Assembly: GCF_006345805.1 (NCBI RefSeq)
Contig: NC_042998.1
Location: 162,502,001-162,566,000, forward strand
Length of the DNA stretch: 64,000 nt
From: Octopus sinensis
Lineage: Eukaryota
Direction: 5' to 3'
Position 1 is the stretch's first letter, and every line of letters begins with the position of its first letter. The notes beneath the pieces are model-generated. The model searched no databases. It saw only the letters and a list, made by a program, of their open reading frames with translations, and had not been told where the DNA came from. Of this stretch, positions 63,606-64,000 are shown one piece after another. Made by a program: the position numbers and the translations under genes.

Positions 63606-64000
63606 ATATTAATATATTACTGGTATTGGAGTGATGAAAGAAATTATTAACTTTGGTTGAATTTGAATGCCAAACATAAAGAATCAAAACTAAATATGTT
63701 CAGGGAATAAGAGTTACAGTGATTACATACTTAATGTGATGTATATAATTCTTTTGACAGAGGGGCAGCTGTTTTAGAGGAGAGGGGGCTCATAGATTGC
63801 ATCGGCTAAAGTACTTTACTGGCACTTATTTTATTGATCCTGAATAAACGAATGGCAAAGTCATCATCAGTGAAATTTGAGCTCAGAGAGTAAAGATAGA
63901 TGATATACATCATCATCTTCATCGTCGTTGTCGTCGTCATCATCATCATCATCATCATAGTTTAACATCCATTTTCCATGCTGGCATGGAGTGATTGGTT

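Overview
AT-rich, CpG-depleted animal genomic DNA. The SINE families, RTE, Tc1-mariner, Helitron and Penelope-like relics and the very high microsatellite load are typical of an octopus or other coleoid cephalopod (inferred from repeat content, not verified by search). I find no confidently supported host protein-coding exon, tRNA gene, rRNA or CRISPR array; almost every ORF in the track is a translated microsatellite or a transposon relic, so the window reads as intergenic or deep-intronic. It contains dozens of SINE copies from at least 5 families, five RTE-type LINE fragments, an RLE-type LINE tail, two Tc1/mariner relics (one folded back on itself), a young Helitron, several MITEs, a near-identical 1.67 kb tandem duplication and a decayed 21-bp tandem array. 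The strongest hidden signal is a set of hammerhead-ribozyme (HHR) motifs of the Penelope-like type. These include an inverted pair at 5.7-6.4 kb with a compensatory base-pair change, and a tRNA-headed SINE that ends in a minimal HHR and inserts with a 5' inversion. There is also a miRNA-like hairpin in unique sequence at 20.3 kb and a 77-bp foldback at 48.2 kb. SINE and microsatellite boundaries are approximate (about +/-20 bp).
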